Positions 10,295-20,800 of a stretch of DNA of 55,415 bases are shown piece after piece. The stretch is from Craspedostauros australis. Taxonomy: Eukaryota. The stretch lies in the NCBI GenBank assembly GCA_030167865.1, contig JALAGF010004817.1:62001-117415 (forward strand), given 5' to 3'. The position numbers were made by a program, and so were the translations under genes. Below the pieces are notes generated by a model. The model was not told the origin of the DNA, did no database searches, and saw only the letters and a program-made list of their open reading frames with translations. Position 1 is the first letter of the stretch; the number at the start of each line of letters is the position of its first letter.

Positions 10295-13200
10295 CTACTT
10301 CTTGCGGCCATTCGGATTGACGTAGGACGCCGTTGCATTTCTCGGAATTCTGGTGCGATCAATGTAATCATGCGGTTCTGCGATGGAGGATTCGACGCGA
10401 CGGTCGATGGTGCCATCTGCTCGTTCGATCTTGGTGATCGTCTTGAATTCCAGGCGCCCATCGTTGTGCTCCATGAACTTGCTCTTCATGCTGACGGAGA
10501 GGGGCTCAGGTGCACGGGGGTCCTTCTTCTTGACCTTTTTGAACTTGCCCTTCTTTTCCTCCACGATGCCGAATTCGTCGCGCATGACACGGTTGTACAC
10601 TTCGAACGCATCGTGGAATTTGGCCACGCGTGCGTTGTTGGGAGGCTGCTTGTGCTGTGTTGGCATTGGTGATTTGGAATTGGACGCTTCTGGATTTCGG
10701 CGGCTCTTGCCGTTCAACGGTCCCATCGACTTGGATGTCTGCGGTGCCATGCTGCTTATCCTCTTCTTGAAGCGACCAGGAGATGAGGGAGCGTATCCAA
10801 CGCTTGGCAACGAGCTGCGTCTCTTTGCTTGTTGCTCATTTTGCGATTTGCCGTTGTTCTGCACGGGTGGCGGAGGCGGTGGTGGATTGGTGCCGTTGCT
10901 GGATTTGCCTCCTCCGAACATAGACGACACCTTTTGTCGCAACCGACCCGGTGACGTCCCGCGTTGCGGCACGGACGATTTGGCATTCCTTTGTGGCGTC
11001 GGTGGGGCTTGCTGCTGTTGCTGATGCGCCACTTTCTGCTTGAATTTGCCAGGTGAAACGGGGGCTTGCTGCTGATGATGATCTTTGGTTCTGTGGCTGA
11101 AGGATGAAGGTGGGTTGGCGGGAACATGTCCCGCGGAATTCTGCGGTCTGTGGAGATGGCTGAAGGATGAGGGCGGATTGAGCGGAATGTGTCCACTTGG
11201 AGCATGCATGGAGGCGTGTTTGGGTGGATTGTCCGCGCGTTGCACTCTTGCATGCGCAGATGACGAACGCAGCGGTTGGTTGCGCATATCCTCCGTGAAT
11301 CTGGTTCTGCCACGTTCTCCATTGCCGTAATTGTTTGGCAGGTAGGATGGTCCTCCCCCCTGCCCCGGCTTTTGTCCATTCATCGATCCGGCAAGACTTC
11401 CATTTGGATGGCCAGGTGCGAAAGCGGTTCGTTGTCCATGCATGGATGAGCTGAGATTGGCCTGCGGGTGACCGTGCGGTTGCCTCATATCATTGCTGTG
11501 GTTGAAGTTGGGTGGCATCGGAGTTCGCGCTGGAATTGGTGCCGCCTTCGCGGCCTTGTCCTTCTTCTTCGTTTTGGAATCCTTCTTTTTCTTTCCTGCA
11601 GATTTCGTGGACTTTGTGGTGGCCGGGGTTTCGTCATTGTCGCTATTGAAATATTCATCGTCACTTTTGGAAGCTGATCGCTTCGCGTTCTTTTTCTTTT
11701 TGGTGGTCTTGGTGGTGGCCTTCGTCGTCGCTGGTGCGGTTCCACTGGCGGCCTCCGCTGCACCGTCCTCCTTCTTGACTTTTAACTTCTTTTTCTTCTT
11801 CTTGGTACCGTCCTTCTTTCTGGCGTTGCGATCCAAGGAACTGCTGCGCCGCGCTTCCCTCTTTTTCTTATCCGACCGCATGGAGCGGACGCTGTTGGAT
11901 GACGTGTCTACCTCCGTCATGGAGCTGCGCTTCTGGTAGGATCTGGTGGAATGTGAGCTGGAGTTCAACGGATCACGGTCTCTGCGCGGGACGTTGAAGC
12001 CGGTGTCGCGCAGATTGGTAAATCCGTACGCCGTGGACGGTGCTTTCGAATGAGATTTGTGAACGCCGGCCTTGTCGTCGTCCGACGTGTCAACTTCGTC
12101 ATCTTCCTCCGGATTTTGCTCGTGTTCGGACGACGACCACGAATCAGCCGAGGATGATTTTTGGTGCTTGGAAGGCTTGACTTGCTTCTTCTTGTGCGTG
12201 CCATTGGATGCTGGTGCGGAATAGGAATACGTGGTGTCTGGCTTGTGCGTGTGCGTGGTTGGCTTTGCCGTCTTGGTTGCTTTCGCTGTCTTTGCTGGAA
12301 CGTTGGAGGTCTCGCCTGCGCCAGCAGATGTGGTGGAATAAGAATAAGGGGTGCTCTTGTGGCTGGATTTGGTGTCGGTCGTGCGTCCATTCTGCGAAGC
12401 CGCCGTCGATTTCTTGACCTTGGCAGCCGGCACGTTGCTCGTCGTTTTATCTCCGGCACCTGCGCTCGCGTAGGAGTAGGACGTGTTCGATTTCGCTTTT
12501 GATTTGGCATCGTCAGCCTTGTTCGTTGATTTGGAGGTCGTCTTTTTGGATGGTGGTGCAGCATAGGAATAGGAAGTGTCAGGTCTGGTTGGTGATGGCG
12601 ACCTCGATGATGAAGGTGATGGTACAGGCGATGGCTTGGGGCTCGATGGAGGCGTTCTGACCCTCGTTGTGGTGAAGGGAGAGTGCGGTCTGAACGTGTG
12701 AGAATAGGTGGATGGTGTCGGAGATGATGGGGCTGACGGTGGTTGCCTGTGAGGGGAACGCGATCTATCCTTGCCATTGTAATTGCCATTGTAGTTGCCA
12801 TTGTGGTTGCCATTGGAGTGTGCGCTTTGTTTTGGCGACATTGGCGGAGATTTCGGCCATACGTGCGGCTTTGCCTTTGGTTTTGGAGATGCCGGTGGCG
12901 TTTTTGGTGACTTTGGCGACTTTGGCTGGGTTTGTGGTGCAGCCTTGGGTTTGGGAGATCGTGGCGGTGATTTCGGAGCCGAGGCTGATGGTTTGGCTGC
13001 AGCAGGTGTTGGTTTAGGTGCTGGTTTAGGTGCAGGCTTTGATGCTGATGTTGACGCCGATTTGTTCATGTTCATGTTCTTATCCCAATCCCTGTTGAGC
13101 AGATCGAAGTCCCTCTTCTTGATGGGATCCGTGAGCATGTGATAGGCAGCGGACATCTTGGCGAAGACAGCATTGGCAGTGACCTTGTCCTCCTCCGTCT

Positions 13201-13315
13201 TCTGCCGATCTGGATGATGCTTCAGCGCCAGCTTGCGGTAGGTGGACTTGATCTGCGATTCCGTGGCATCCTTGGCGACGCCCAGCACGATGTACGGGTT
13301 TTCATTCTTCTCCAT
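10295..13315 (-). CDS. DnaJ/Hsp40 J-domain protein (1006 aa) with very long disordered linker and DNAJB6-like C-terminus
   Basis: N-terminus NPYIVLGV...IKSTYRKLALKHHPDRQ...FAKMSAAYHMLTDP has an intact HPD motif. C-terminal FHDAFEVYNRVM and a beta-rich tail SVSMKSKF...TITKIERADGTIDRRVE. Confidence 0.9.
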   Translation of the reverse strand: MEKNENPYIVLGVAKDATESQIKSTYRKLALKHHPDRQKTEEDKVTANAVFAKMSAAYHMLTDPIKKRDFDLLNRDWDKNMNMNKSASTSASKPAPKPAPKPTPAAAKPSASAPKSPPRSPKPKAAPQTQPKSPKSPKTPPASPKPKAKPHVWPKSPPMSPKQSAHSNGNHNGNYNGNYNGKDRSRSPHRQPPSAPSSPTPSTYSHTFRPHSPFTTTRVRTPPSSPKPSPVPSPSSSRSPSPTRPDTSYSYAAPPSKKTTSKSTNKADDAKSKAKSNTSYSYASAGAGDKTTSNVPAAKVKKSTAASQNGRTTDTKSSHKSTPYSYSTTSAGAGETSNVPAKTAKATKTAKPTTHTHKPDTTYSYSAPASNGTHKKKQVKPSKHQKSSSADSWSSSEHEQNPEEDDEVDTSDDDKAGVHKSHSKAPSTAYGFTNLRDTGFNVPRRDRDPLNSSSHSTRSYQKRSSMTEVDTSSNSVRSMRSDKKKREARRSSSLDRNARKKDGTKKKKKKLKVKKEDGAAEAASGTAPATTKATTKTTKKKKNAKRSASKSDDEYFNSDNDETPATTKSTKSAGKKKKDSKTKKKDKAAKAAPIPARTPMPPNFNHSNDMRQPHGHPQANLSSSMHGQRTAFAPGHPNGSLAGSMNGQKPGQGGGPSYLPNNYGNGERGRTRFTEDMRNQPLRSSSAHARVQRADNPPKHASMHAPSGHIPLNPPSSFSHLHRPQNSAGHVPANPPSSFSHRTKDHHQQQAPVSPGKFKQKVAHQQQQQAPPTPQRNAKSSVPQRGTSPGRLRQKVSSMFGGGKSSNGTNPPPPPPPVQNNGKSQNEQQAKRRSSLPSVGYAPSSPGRFKKRISSMAPQTSKSMGPLNGKSRRNPEASNSKSPMPTQHKQPPNNARVAKFHDAFEVYNRVMRDEFGIVEEKKGKFKKVKKKDPRAPEPLSVSMKSKFMEHNDGRLEFKTITKIERADGTIDRRVESSIAEPHDYIDRTRIPRNATASYVNPNGRKK

Positions 13316-14624
13316 CTTCGCCTCTGTTTGGTTGTTGTCTGCTTACGAATGGGAGTGGGAGTGCTAGTGCGAGTGCCAGTGCGGATGGGAGTATGAGCGC
13401 GAGTATGGACGGGATCGAGGAGAAACGGCAGTCGTTGCGGCACTTCTTGATGTGGCAAAATGGTTGGTCACTGAGATTGGACTGCTGGATTTCTGGATGG
13501 ATGTGAGATCCCGCTGTGCTCTTTCAGATTGTGGTGTGGTGCCAATACAGTCTGCGACTGCTGTCTCTGTGGGTGCGTGTGAACTCGCAGGCTCCTTGGA
13601 TCAGCGAGAGTTGGTGGCTGGGCGAGTGCTCGAGCGCTTGAGAATCCGCTCCCGTTTTCGCTTCCGATTTCACTCTTTCTTGGTTGCTCTTCGAGGGTAG
13701 CACGACCTATCCGCAGCAATTCTCAGTGGATCCCTGCACGCCTCCAACCTGCACGCTCCTGCCTGCTCAATGCCGTTGATTCCAAATCAATGCAGTGTAC
13801 AATAGACAGCAGTAGATGATGTATGCAAGGTGTTTGAAGGTTCAGCGTCGTCTCTGTTGTTGCTTGTTGCCGTGTTGTGGTGTTGTGGTCATGCCATCCA
13901 TTGTGTTGTTCGTACAGTCATGTTCATGGCGGTCATGTCCATGTTGCATCGTTGATGGATTGCGGGAGTGGAACGCGTTGATGGCGCGCTGCATTTTTGT
14001 CCGTGAGGCGCACACGCAGACGCGCGCTCCACAGGTGTGTATCGTCGTTGTCCGCTGTGCCTCGTGGGCCTTTCTTGTTGTGTGTTCGCTGTGTCTCGCC
14101 TCGATTAGCATGAGTCTACCACAAACCAGCCCGCTTACGCGCTAGTAGTTCTCCAACTGTCCTCCTCCCCAGTTTCTGGAACGAATGGCCACACGCTTGT
14201 TAAACACGTGACTCACAACTTCATCGAAACACGCTTGCGCTTTGGGCGTGATATCATCTCCATTTTGTGAATGGAATTCGGCATCATTTACAATCACGAC
14301 TACGGACACAACACAACGGCATCACATCGCCAAAGATTCAGATTGGGCGTTTCTGGTTTCTTCCCGTCGGGCGCTAAGGCAGTGCCTCCAGAGTTTTCTT
14401 CACCAGATTTATTCACGATACCCCTTCGCAAAAAATGCAAGCTGAAAGGGAGTCAGAAAAATCTGGGTTGGACGGAAGAAGCCATCACCTTTTCGGTGGG
14501 TTTGTCGTCACTTTTTGAATCTTGTGAATTTAAGTTACCTAGGTCGAGGTCGCCGAGAAACGGATGAGAAACGTTATTGACGTTGAATGCAATCCGTTGA
14601 AAGCACGGTGCTTATGCAACCCAC

Positions 14625-16430
14625 ATGGCAGTTAACGGCACCGTACCCAACGCACAACAATCTCCAATTCCCACCAAAACGACTCGAAGAAAAAGTTTGG
14701 TGTGGCTTGTGTCAAACTCAACAAAACAAGACAAGAGCAACATGGTGGAGAACGGCAACAGGGAAATTGAAAACGGCACCATGGGCGGAGTTACCGCCAA
14801 CAATGGCGTCGCGAAATTCATCGGTAAAGAGGCCGGGTTGCCGCAACAAGAGTCAGATGAGGTGCCGTCCAGTGTGGTAGAGGCCTCTGTCTGCGATGGC
14901 ACTGCCTCCTTCCTGACGGCTGCTGCGAGGAGCCATCGCACAGCAGGAGCCTCAGCCAAACCAAACAGCGCCAAGACGGCCTCCATCCCATCTCCTTCCG
15001 CCATTGCACTTGCTGCGGCCGAACTGGACGCACTCTTGAACATCTCCAGCGATCGCATCGACGGCAACATCCATCATCCTAGTGCAGACATTGATACGGA
15101 GACAGAGACAACGACAACACCAAACGGGACTTTCGCAGTTGAGGACACAAGCGTACAGGCACACCACAACGACGCCGAAGCCGAAGCCAACGAGCAGCTC
15201 AGAGACAGAGAGGAGGGCAGGGAGCCAGACGACACCGAAGACGAAGATAACGACTACATCTGCATCAACACAGACAGCGAAGAAGAAGAAGAAGAAGACC
15301 ACACAGACAAAGACACTGACGACATGTTCCACAACCGCAACCCCCGAGGTTCGAGAGTGATCCGCCAGGTTGCTCCAGCAGATGGTGTTGCTTCGCATAG
15401 TAGTACAACTAGTCGTGCGATTGCGAGTACTGGTGGTTCCTCAAGTGAGCACCCGCACAAGCACGCACAGGGACATCAGCAGTCCAGCAGGTATGCTTCT
15501 CCCAGTGATGCATCCCACGCACAGCAGCATGCTCGCTGTCACCAGCAGCAGCCGCAGGACGCGCTGGAGGCCATCCGCGCTAGACTGATGCAGGCCAAGA
15601 CGCGCAGCAACAAGGCGCTGGAGGAGCAGCAGAGGATATACTACAATCAGGCCTTGAGGTCGGCCTCTGCCAGTCGCAGCCGCGCATCGACTCAGCGCCC
15701 CTCCTCTTCCCATGTGGGGCAGCTTTCTGAGTCCACACAGGCACATCAACGTCAGCATCAACGTCAACACCAAGAACAAGAACAATCGTACCATCAGCAA
15801 GACCAACAGCAAGAACAAGAGCAAGAGCAAGACCAACAGGCATCACCAGAGTTCGACTTCGACAGCATCGATCTGGATGTGGACAATGTGGAGGACATCT
15901 ACATGATGTCGGTGGGTCTCAAGGAGATGTCCGCCAGCGACAGCGCCAGCTTTTCGGGCAACTACTTCCGCTCCAGCACGGAAAGCATCAGCAGCCACAG
16001 CAAACAACCCCTGGTCTGCAACCGCCACTCGACCACGAGCGTGAGCGGCAGCCACAGCAGCGGCACCGGCAGCGCCCACACCATCAAGACCACCTCCGTC
16101 GGAACCGCGTCCACCGTCTCATCGTACGGTTCCTCAACCAGCTCGCGACGCAGCACGCGCAAACGCCATTCCGGCGCCGCTGCTCGTCGCATGCAGTGCG
16201 GCACGACCACGCAGCTCATCCCCGCCAACGCCGCCATCTTCCAGGACTTCAATGCCGACACTCACAAACGCCAGGACGCCATGATGGGCAACTGGTTCGA
16301 TACCATGCAAGTCGCCACCGAGCTGGCCAACAAGAGCGGCTGGGATGCCAAGACGGGATTCTACTTCACGTCCAACAACGTCTTTCGTCAAGACAACGAG
16401 GCTGATACCGCGCAGTTCGCGTCGCTTTGA
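14625..16430 (+). CDS. Hypothetical low-complexity protein (acidic, Gln-rich and Ser-rich blocks) with a short ordered C-terminal segment
   Basis: 601-codon ORF with coding-like codon usage in the 3' half. True start uncertain. Confidence 0.7.
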   Translation: MAVNGTVPNAQQSPIPTKTTRRKSLVWLVSNSTKQDKSNMVENGNREIENGTMGGVTANNGVAKFIGKEAGLPQQESDEVPSSVVEASVCDGTASFLTAAARSHRTAGASAKPNSAKTASIPSPSAIALAAAELDALLNISSDRIDGNIHHPSADIDTETETTTTPNGTFAVEDTSVQAHHNDAEAEANEQLRDREEGREPDDTEDEDNDYICINTDSEEEEEEDHTDKDTDDMFHNRNPRGSRVIRQVAPADGVASHSSTTSRAIASTGGSSSEHPHKHAQGHQQSSRYASPSDASHAQQHARCHQQQPQDALEAIRARLMQAKTRSNKALEEQQRIYYNQALRSASASRSRASTQRPSSSHVGQLSESTQAHQRQHQRQHQEQEQSYHQQDQQQEQEQEQDQQASPEFDFDSIDLDVDNVEDIYMMSVGLKEMSASDSASFSGNYFRSSTESISSHSKQPLVCNRHSTTSVSGSHSSGTGSAHTIKTTSVGTASTVSSYGSSTSSRRSTRKRHSGAAARRMQCGTTTQLIPANAAIFQDFNADTHKRQDAMMGNWFDTMQVATELANKSGWDAKTGFYFTSNNVFRQDNEADTAQFASL

Positions 16431-16990
16431 TTGATGCAGAGATGGACGAGCAGGATGCTCTGTGCAAATAACACAACAGAGATGAGTCAAGTATTCGTAC
16501 TCATACAAAGTGTGATTGCATGGAAAGGGGAAACAAGATAGGATAGGAGACGATAGATAGGTGAATGTTGCATAAAGGAGAACGAGGAGGACTACGTGCG
16601 TTACATAACATTATATGATATCAAGTCAAGTGAAATGTGGGGATACAATAACAATGAAGACATCAAGTCAAACGATACACGCGCTGCGAGCAATGGCATC
16701 CGCTGGTCTGTTCTGCAGAATGTAGAGTCTACATGTACTAAATCTAGAGAGAAAGAGTTGTCGATGGATTCGATCGAATCCAAGATCGCTTCCGACAACT
16801 CAACTTCCGAAAAGGGTTCTCATCACCCATTTCGCACACAAAGACACGCACAGAAGCGGAGTGAAACAGCCAACTTGATGCAGAGCCTCGATCATCTCCA
16901 CACCATCACAGCACTTCAGGATAGAGCGCTTCGGCTGATCATACTCCTACTCTACCATCGCATCTGCTTCTCGACCCACACAGCATCAGC

Positions 16991-18814
16991 ATGAGGACGA
17001 TGAATCCCTTGATGATCTGCACGTTGCTGCTTTGCAGCTTGCAACAAGCGAGCGCATTCTCCTTGTTGGACAATAGCAGGCGAACATTACAGACACCACA
17101 GACACCACAGACACCACGGCTATCACAGGTATCGCAGCTATCATCATCGCCTTCGTCTTCGTCTTGCGAGCACTTGGATGTCAACACGGACAGCAAGGTT
17201 GCAGCAACAGCGAAAGATGAACCAGCCCAATGTCCATTCTCCAGAGCCTTCCCGCGATATCGCATCGATCTGACGTATCGCAAGGAATCCACCACAAATC
17301 CCAACTTCTTCACGAAGCTCAATCATCAGCGGATCCTGCGACAGCAGCCAAAGCGGGCGTCCAGCAAGGCTCTTGAGATTGTGGAGGTGGCGGATTGCAA
17401 CGGTGTGGAATGCATCACCTATCTGTGGAATGCATTGGCGCAGCGGTTGCAGCAGTCGGACGATAACGACAACGGCAACAACGACGATGACGATGGTGAT
17501 GATGATGTCATACTCTACTTCCCCAATGCTTCGTTTCGATTGCTGGAGAACTGGGTGGAGATCGTGAATTGGATGGTGGATATGTCCACTGTCAAACAAG
17601 GCGAAACTGAACAGCAGGCCATGGACATGTTCGATGGTGCAACCGCGCAAGTGGCCTTGATAAGCCAACAGCAACAACAAGATCAGCAGCGACAGCAGCA
17701 GCAAGAGGAACAATCGCAGACGAGCATCAGCAACAGAAACAAAAACAGAAGAAGGAGTGGCAGTAGCAAAGACGACACCGACGACTTCGTCCCAGCAGTT
17801 CGCATCCAAGTCAGCCGACGAAACGTATCCCCAAATGCTGGCGAGGCAACCTCGCTTGAGACCCCTCCCACATGCACACCGCAGAGCTTGGAACAAAGCA
17901 CCAAGGCATGGGTCAAACGCATTCTGGTGGAACAGGGCATCTGTCCCTTCACCAAGAGCACCACCAAGAGCGGGCAGGGTCTCAAGGATGTCGGCGTTCC
18001 CGTCGGACGCATTGCATACCACTCCTCCATCGCGCCCAAACGCAACGTCGTCCAACTCATGGCCGACACATGGACGGCGATCCAAAAGATGATCCAGGCC
18101 GGACCGGAAGGCTCCAGCGGCGTCAGCAGCATCTTGCTGGCTGCACCCGGTTGGGATGATGACTTTGATTCATGGTCCGGTCCTGTCTTTTGTGTCCTGG
18201 AATCCAGCGTCGTGGCCGCCAATGCGCAGGACCAGATTGGCGTCGTTTGCTTCCATCCGCAGTACGCCACGCCGGACGGTTCCACTTGGCCAGGATTTGG
18301 GCACATGCATTCCGTGCCGCGATTGGAAGAATGGTACAACGCGCATTATGAAATCGAACCGAAACCTTCATCGGCTGTTGTGGCTGATGATGCTGATGCG
18401 ATCAGTGCCGATGCCAGAAATGTCGAAAGTGAGGATCAATCAACGGATACACTGGCAGCAACACCTGCTAGCGATGATGCTCCTGCTCCTGATACAAGTT
18501 TAGAGACAGTCGACACCGCGCAGCCAGCAAAATCACAGCCACCAGCGACTGCGGCGTGCCCGGTGCTTTCCACGAGCGATATTGCAGCAGGTGGTGCATG
18601 GCAACGACGCACGCCGCATGCCACGATCAACGTGCTGCGTGCCGAGCAGCTGGCGGCGGCAGAATCGCGTCGCGCAACACAAAAGCTGTACGCCACCAAC
18701 ATCGACAAGTTCATCAATCAGATCGGCAATTCGCAACTGGAGAAAGATCTGCTGCGGGAGCAATCCATCGCCAAGCCAGCGGCGGCAAGCGGCGCTGGTA
18801 AGTTGGAGCCGTGA
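16991..18814 (+). CDS. Plastid-targeted DUF1415-family protein (607 aa)
   Basis: Signal peptide ending QQASA-F followed by a Ser/Thr-rich transit peptide. DUF1415-type motifs TKAWVKRILVEQGICPF, VVCFHPQY and RRTPHATINVLR. Confidence 0.8.
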   Translation: MRTMNPLMICTLLLCSLQQASAFSLLDNSRRTLQTPQTPQTPRLSQVSQLSSSPSSSSCEHLDVNTDSKVAATAKDEPAQCPFSRAFPRYRIDLTYRKESTTNPNFFTKLNHQRILRQQPKRASSKALEIVEVADCNGVECITYLWNALAQRLQQSDDNDNGNNDDDDGDDDVILYFPNASFRLLENWVEIVNWMVDMSTVKQGETEQQAMDMFDGATAQVALISQQQQQDQQRQQQQEEQSQTSISNRNKNRRRSGSSKDDTDDFVPAVRIQVSRRNVSPNAGEATSLETPPTCTPQSLEQSTKAWVKRILVEQGICPFTKSTTKSGQGLKDVGVPVGRIAYHSSIAPKRNVVQLMADTWTAIQKMIQAGPEGSSGVSSILLAAPGWDDDFDSWSGPVFCVLESSVVAANAQDQIGVVCFHPQYATPDGSTWPGFGHMHSVPRLEEWYNAHYEIEPKPSSAVVADDADAISADARNVESEDQSTDTLAATPASDDAPAPDTSLETVDTAQPAKSQPPATAACPVLSTSDIAAGGAWQRRTPHATINVLRAEQLAAAESRRATQKLYATNIDKFINQIGNSQLEKDLLREQSIAKPAAASGAGKLEP

Positions 18815-19054
18815 TATCTCTTGGTATTATTGACGCCGTGACCAATGCCACATTGAATAGCTGTATTCCATGAGCAAAATAGTAAGAAATAGAACACATT
18901 GCTCTCCTAGCTTCAGTCTACTATATTGGTACACGACTCGTAGTGCGAATACTTTCATGTTGGCGCGCTTGCAAATGAATCTACTATTATTCTACTTTGG
19001 CGGAACGACGAGAACAGCACCGAATCTGGATCATGCATCACAAAGGACCGCACA

Positions 19055-20800
19055 TCAACATTCCAGATGCAACTTGAGCGCTTGCCTCACTTCCTGCGCC
19101 AAGCTCTCGCGCTCGTCCGCCACCACCGTGGCCTCTTCGATGAGCTCGCCGCTTTCCGCTTCGTCCGATGGCACGATCGTCAGCACGCCCTTGTCAAGAC
19201 ACGCCTTGCGCGAAATCTCGCCGATGGCACCGGATCTGGGATCCACAAAGAGGAACTCCTCGCCCTTCTTGTTCTTTTCTCGCTTTTTGAGCTGGACGCC
19301 CCAGAGATTCTTGACGTTCTCCGCCTCCTGCATCTCGATACCGTCCTCGTAGTCGGTCCACTGCTTCTCGGCGATGCGGACGATGCCGATCTTGTCGTTG
19401 CTGGTGACCTTTTCGATGAGCTGCGCACGCTCGATGTCGTTCTTGGCCTCCTCCTTCCAGGAATCGGGAAGCGGTTTGTTGGACTTGGAGGCAAGGTTGG
19501 TTTTGATGAGGATCTTCTGCGCGATGACCTCCTTGCGCGGGATGGAAATGATGGAGGACGTCTTGAAGTCGAGGAAGATGAGCGAATCGCCGGCGTTGAC
19601 GGCGAGGACGTACTTGCCACGGCGTGGGTAGCGCTGGAGGTCCGACATGCGGATGAGCACGCCGTCGTCCTTGAGGGCATCCTTGAACTTTTCCGACAGA
19701 TCTCCCGATTCCAAATCGGGAGACAGCGGGGCCTTGATGGTCTGCTGATTGAGCAGCCGAAGGATGACCTTGAGTTCGTCCGCCGGGACGATGTGCTTGT
19801 AGGCAGTTCGCATGGAGGAGAAGACCGTCTGCGTGACGATGTTGACGCATTTGAAGAAGCAGAACCCGAGATTGAGACTCTCGATGGATTTTCCAGAGAC
19901 GACCAACGCGATATGGCCATACGGCTTGATGACCTCCGCCAATTGATCGAAGAGCGCCTTCTTGGGTTCCGTCAAGCAAACGATGTAGTCGACCGATCCC
20001 GCCTTGCCACCTTCCAACTTTATGCCGATCTCATTGTGCGCGATGGTCTGGAACGCACCGAGCGACTTGCACCATTCCTGCGACTTTCCCGGCGTTGCGG
20101 TCGCGATGACCTTGATGTGCGGATGCCACGCCGCCATGAGGGTGAGGATCCAGCTGCCGACACCGCCGGATCCACCGACGAGCAGCATCGTGGCCGTGGC
20201 ATCCTCAGCAGTGGTCGTCCCGTTGATCGCGATGCCGTTGGAGTGGGTGGATGCCGACGAGAGCGCCGACGCAGACGCGGATGTCGCCGCCACGCCCGTC
20301 ATCTCCATGGTGCCGTTCTGCTTGTCCGAGATGGCAACGTTGTCCCTCACCAAACCTAGCTTGGCCAGCACTTCGTAGGCCGTGAGACCGGCAACGGGGA
20401 TGGTGGCGGCATCCTTGGGATCCACGTTGGGCGGCAGCTCGACGACGCAGCGGCTGTCCACCACGACGTGCGAGGCGTACGATCCAGAGTTGGGCATGCT
20501 GGGGTCGCTGATGAAGCACACGGGCTTTCCCACCAGATGCTGCGGAGCCGACGATGACCCGCCGACCTGCTCCACCACGCCGGTGCCTCCGAAGCCAGGC
20601 ACGAAGGGCGGATTCGGAACCTCCTGGCCTTCCTTGCCGCTGCCGCCGGACAGCTTCTGCAGATCGACGGGGTTGACGTCGCTGTAGGTCACCTTGACCA
20701 TCACATGGTTGGGCTTGTCGCATGGTGGCAGCTGCGCCGACGAACCAAACTCCAGCGCCTTGCTGTACGATCCGTGCGTGGTCGCGCCAAGCCAATCCAT
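19055..20800 (-). CDS. MDR-superfamily (zinc-type ADH-like / quinone oxidoreductase) protein fused to a C-terminal duplicated domain (581 aa)
   Basis: VKVTYSDVNPVD, PGFGGTGVVEQVG, GSYASHVVVD, AATIPVAGLTAYEVL, Rossmann LLVGGSGGVGS, WCKSLGA. No Cys-His zinc ligands, so QOR-type. Extra ~175-aa tail. Confidence 0.9.
   Translation of the reverse strand: MDWLGATTHGSYSKALEFGSSAQLPPCDKPNHVMVKVTYSDVNPVDLQKLSGGSGKEGQEVPNPPFVPGFGGTGVVEQVGGSSSAPQHLVGKPVCFISDPSMPNSGSYASHVVVDSRCVVELPPNVDPKDAATIPVAGLTAYEVLAKLGLVRDNVAISDKQNGTMEMTGVAATSASASALSSASTHSNGIAINGTTTAEDATATMLLVGGSGGVGSWILTLMAAWHPHIKVIATATPGKSQEWCKSLGAFQTIAHNEIGIKLEGGKAGSVDYIVCLTEPKKALFDQLAEVIKPYGHIALVVSGKSIESLNLGFCFFKCVNIVTQTVFSSMRTAYKHIVPADELKVILRLLNQQTIKAPLSPDLESGDLSEKFKDALKDDGVLIRMSDLQRYPRRGKYVLAVNAGDSLIFLDFKTSSIISIPRKEVIAQKILIKTNLASKSNKPLPDSWKEEAKNDIERAQLIEKVTSNDKIGIVRIAEKQWTDYEDGIEMQEAENVKNLWGVQLKKREKNKKGEEFLFVDPRSGAIGEISRKACLDKGVLTIVPSDEAESGELIEEATVVADERESLAQEVRQALKLHLEC

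Noticed and set aside
19067-20359. 430-aa plus-strand ORF, and similar long antisense ORFs at 33775-34824, 17144-18085, 45596-46483 and 30770-31465
   Set aside because: Antisense shadows of real GC3-rich genes; no recognisable motifs.
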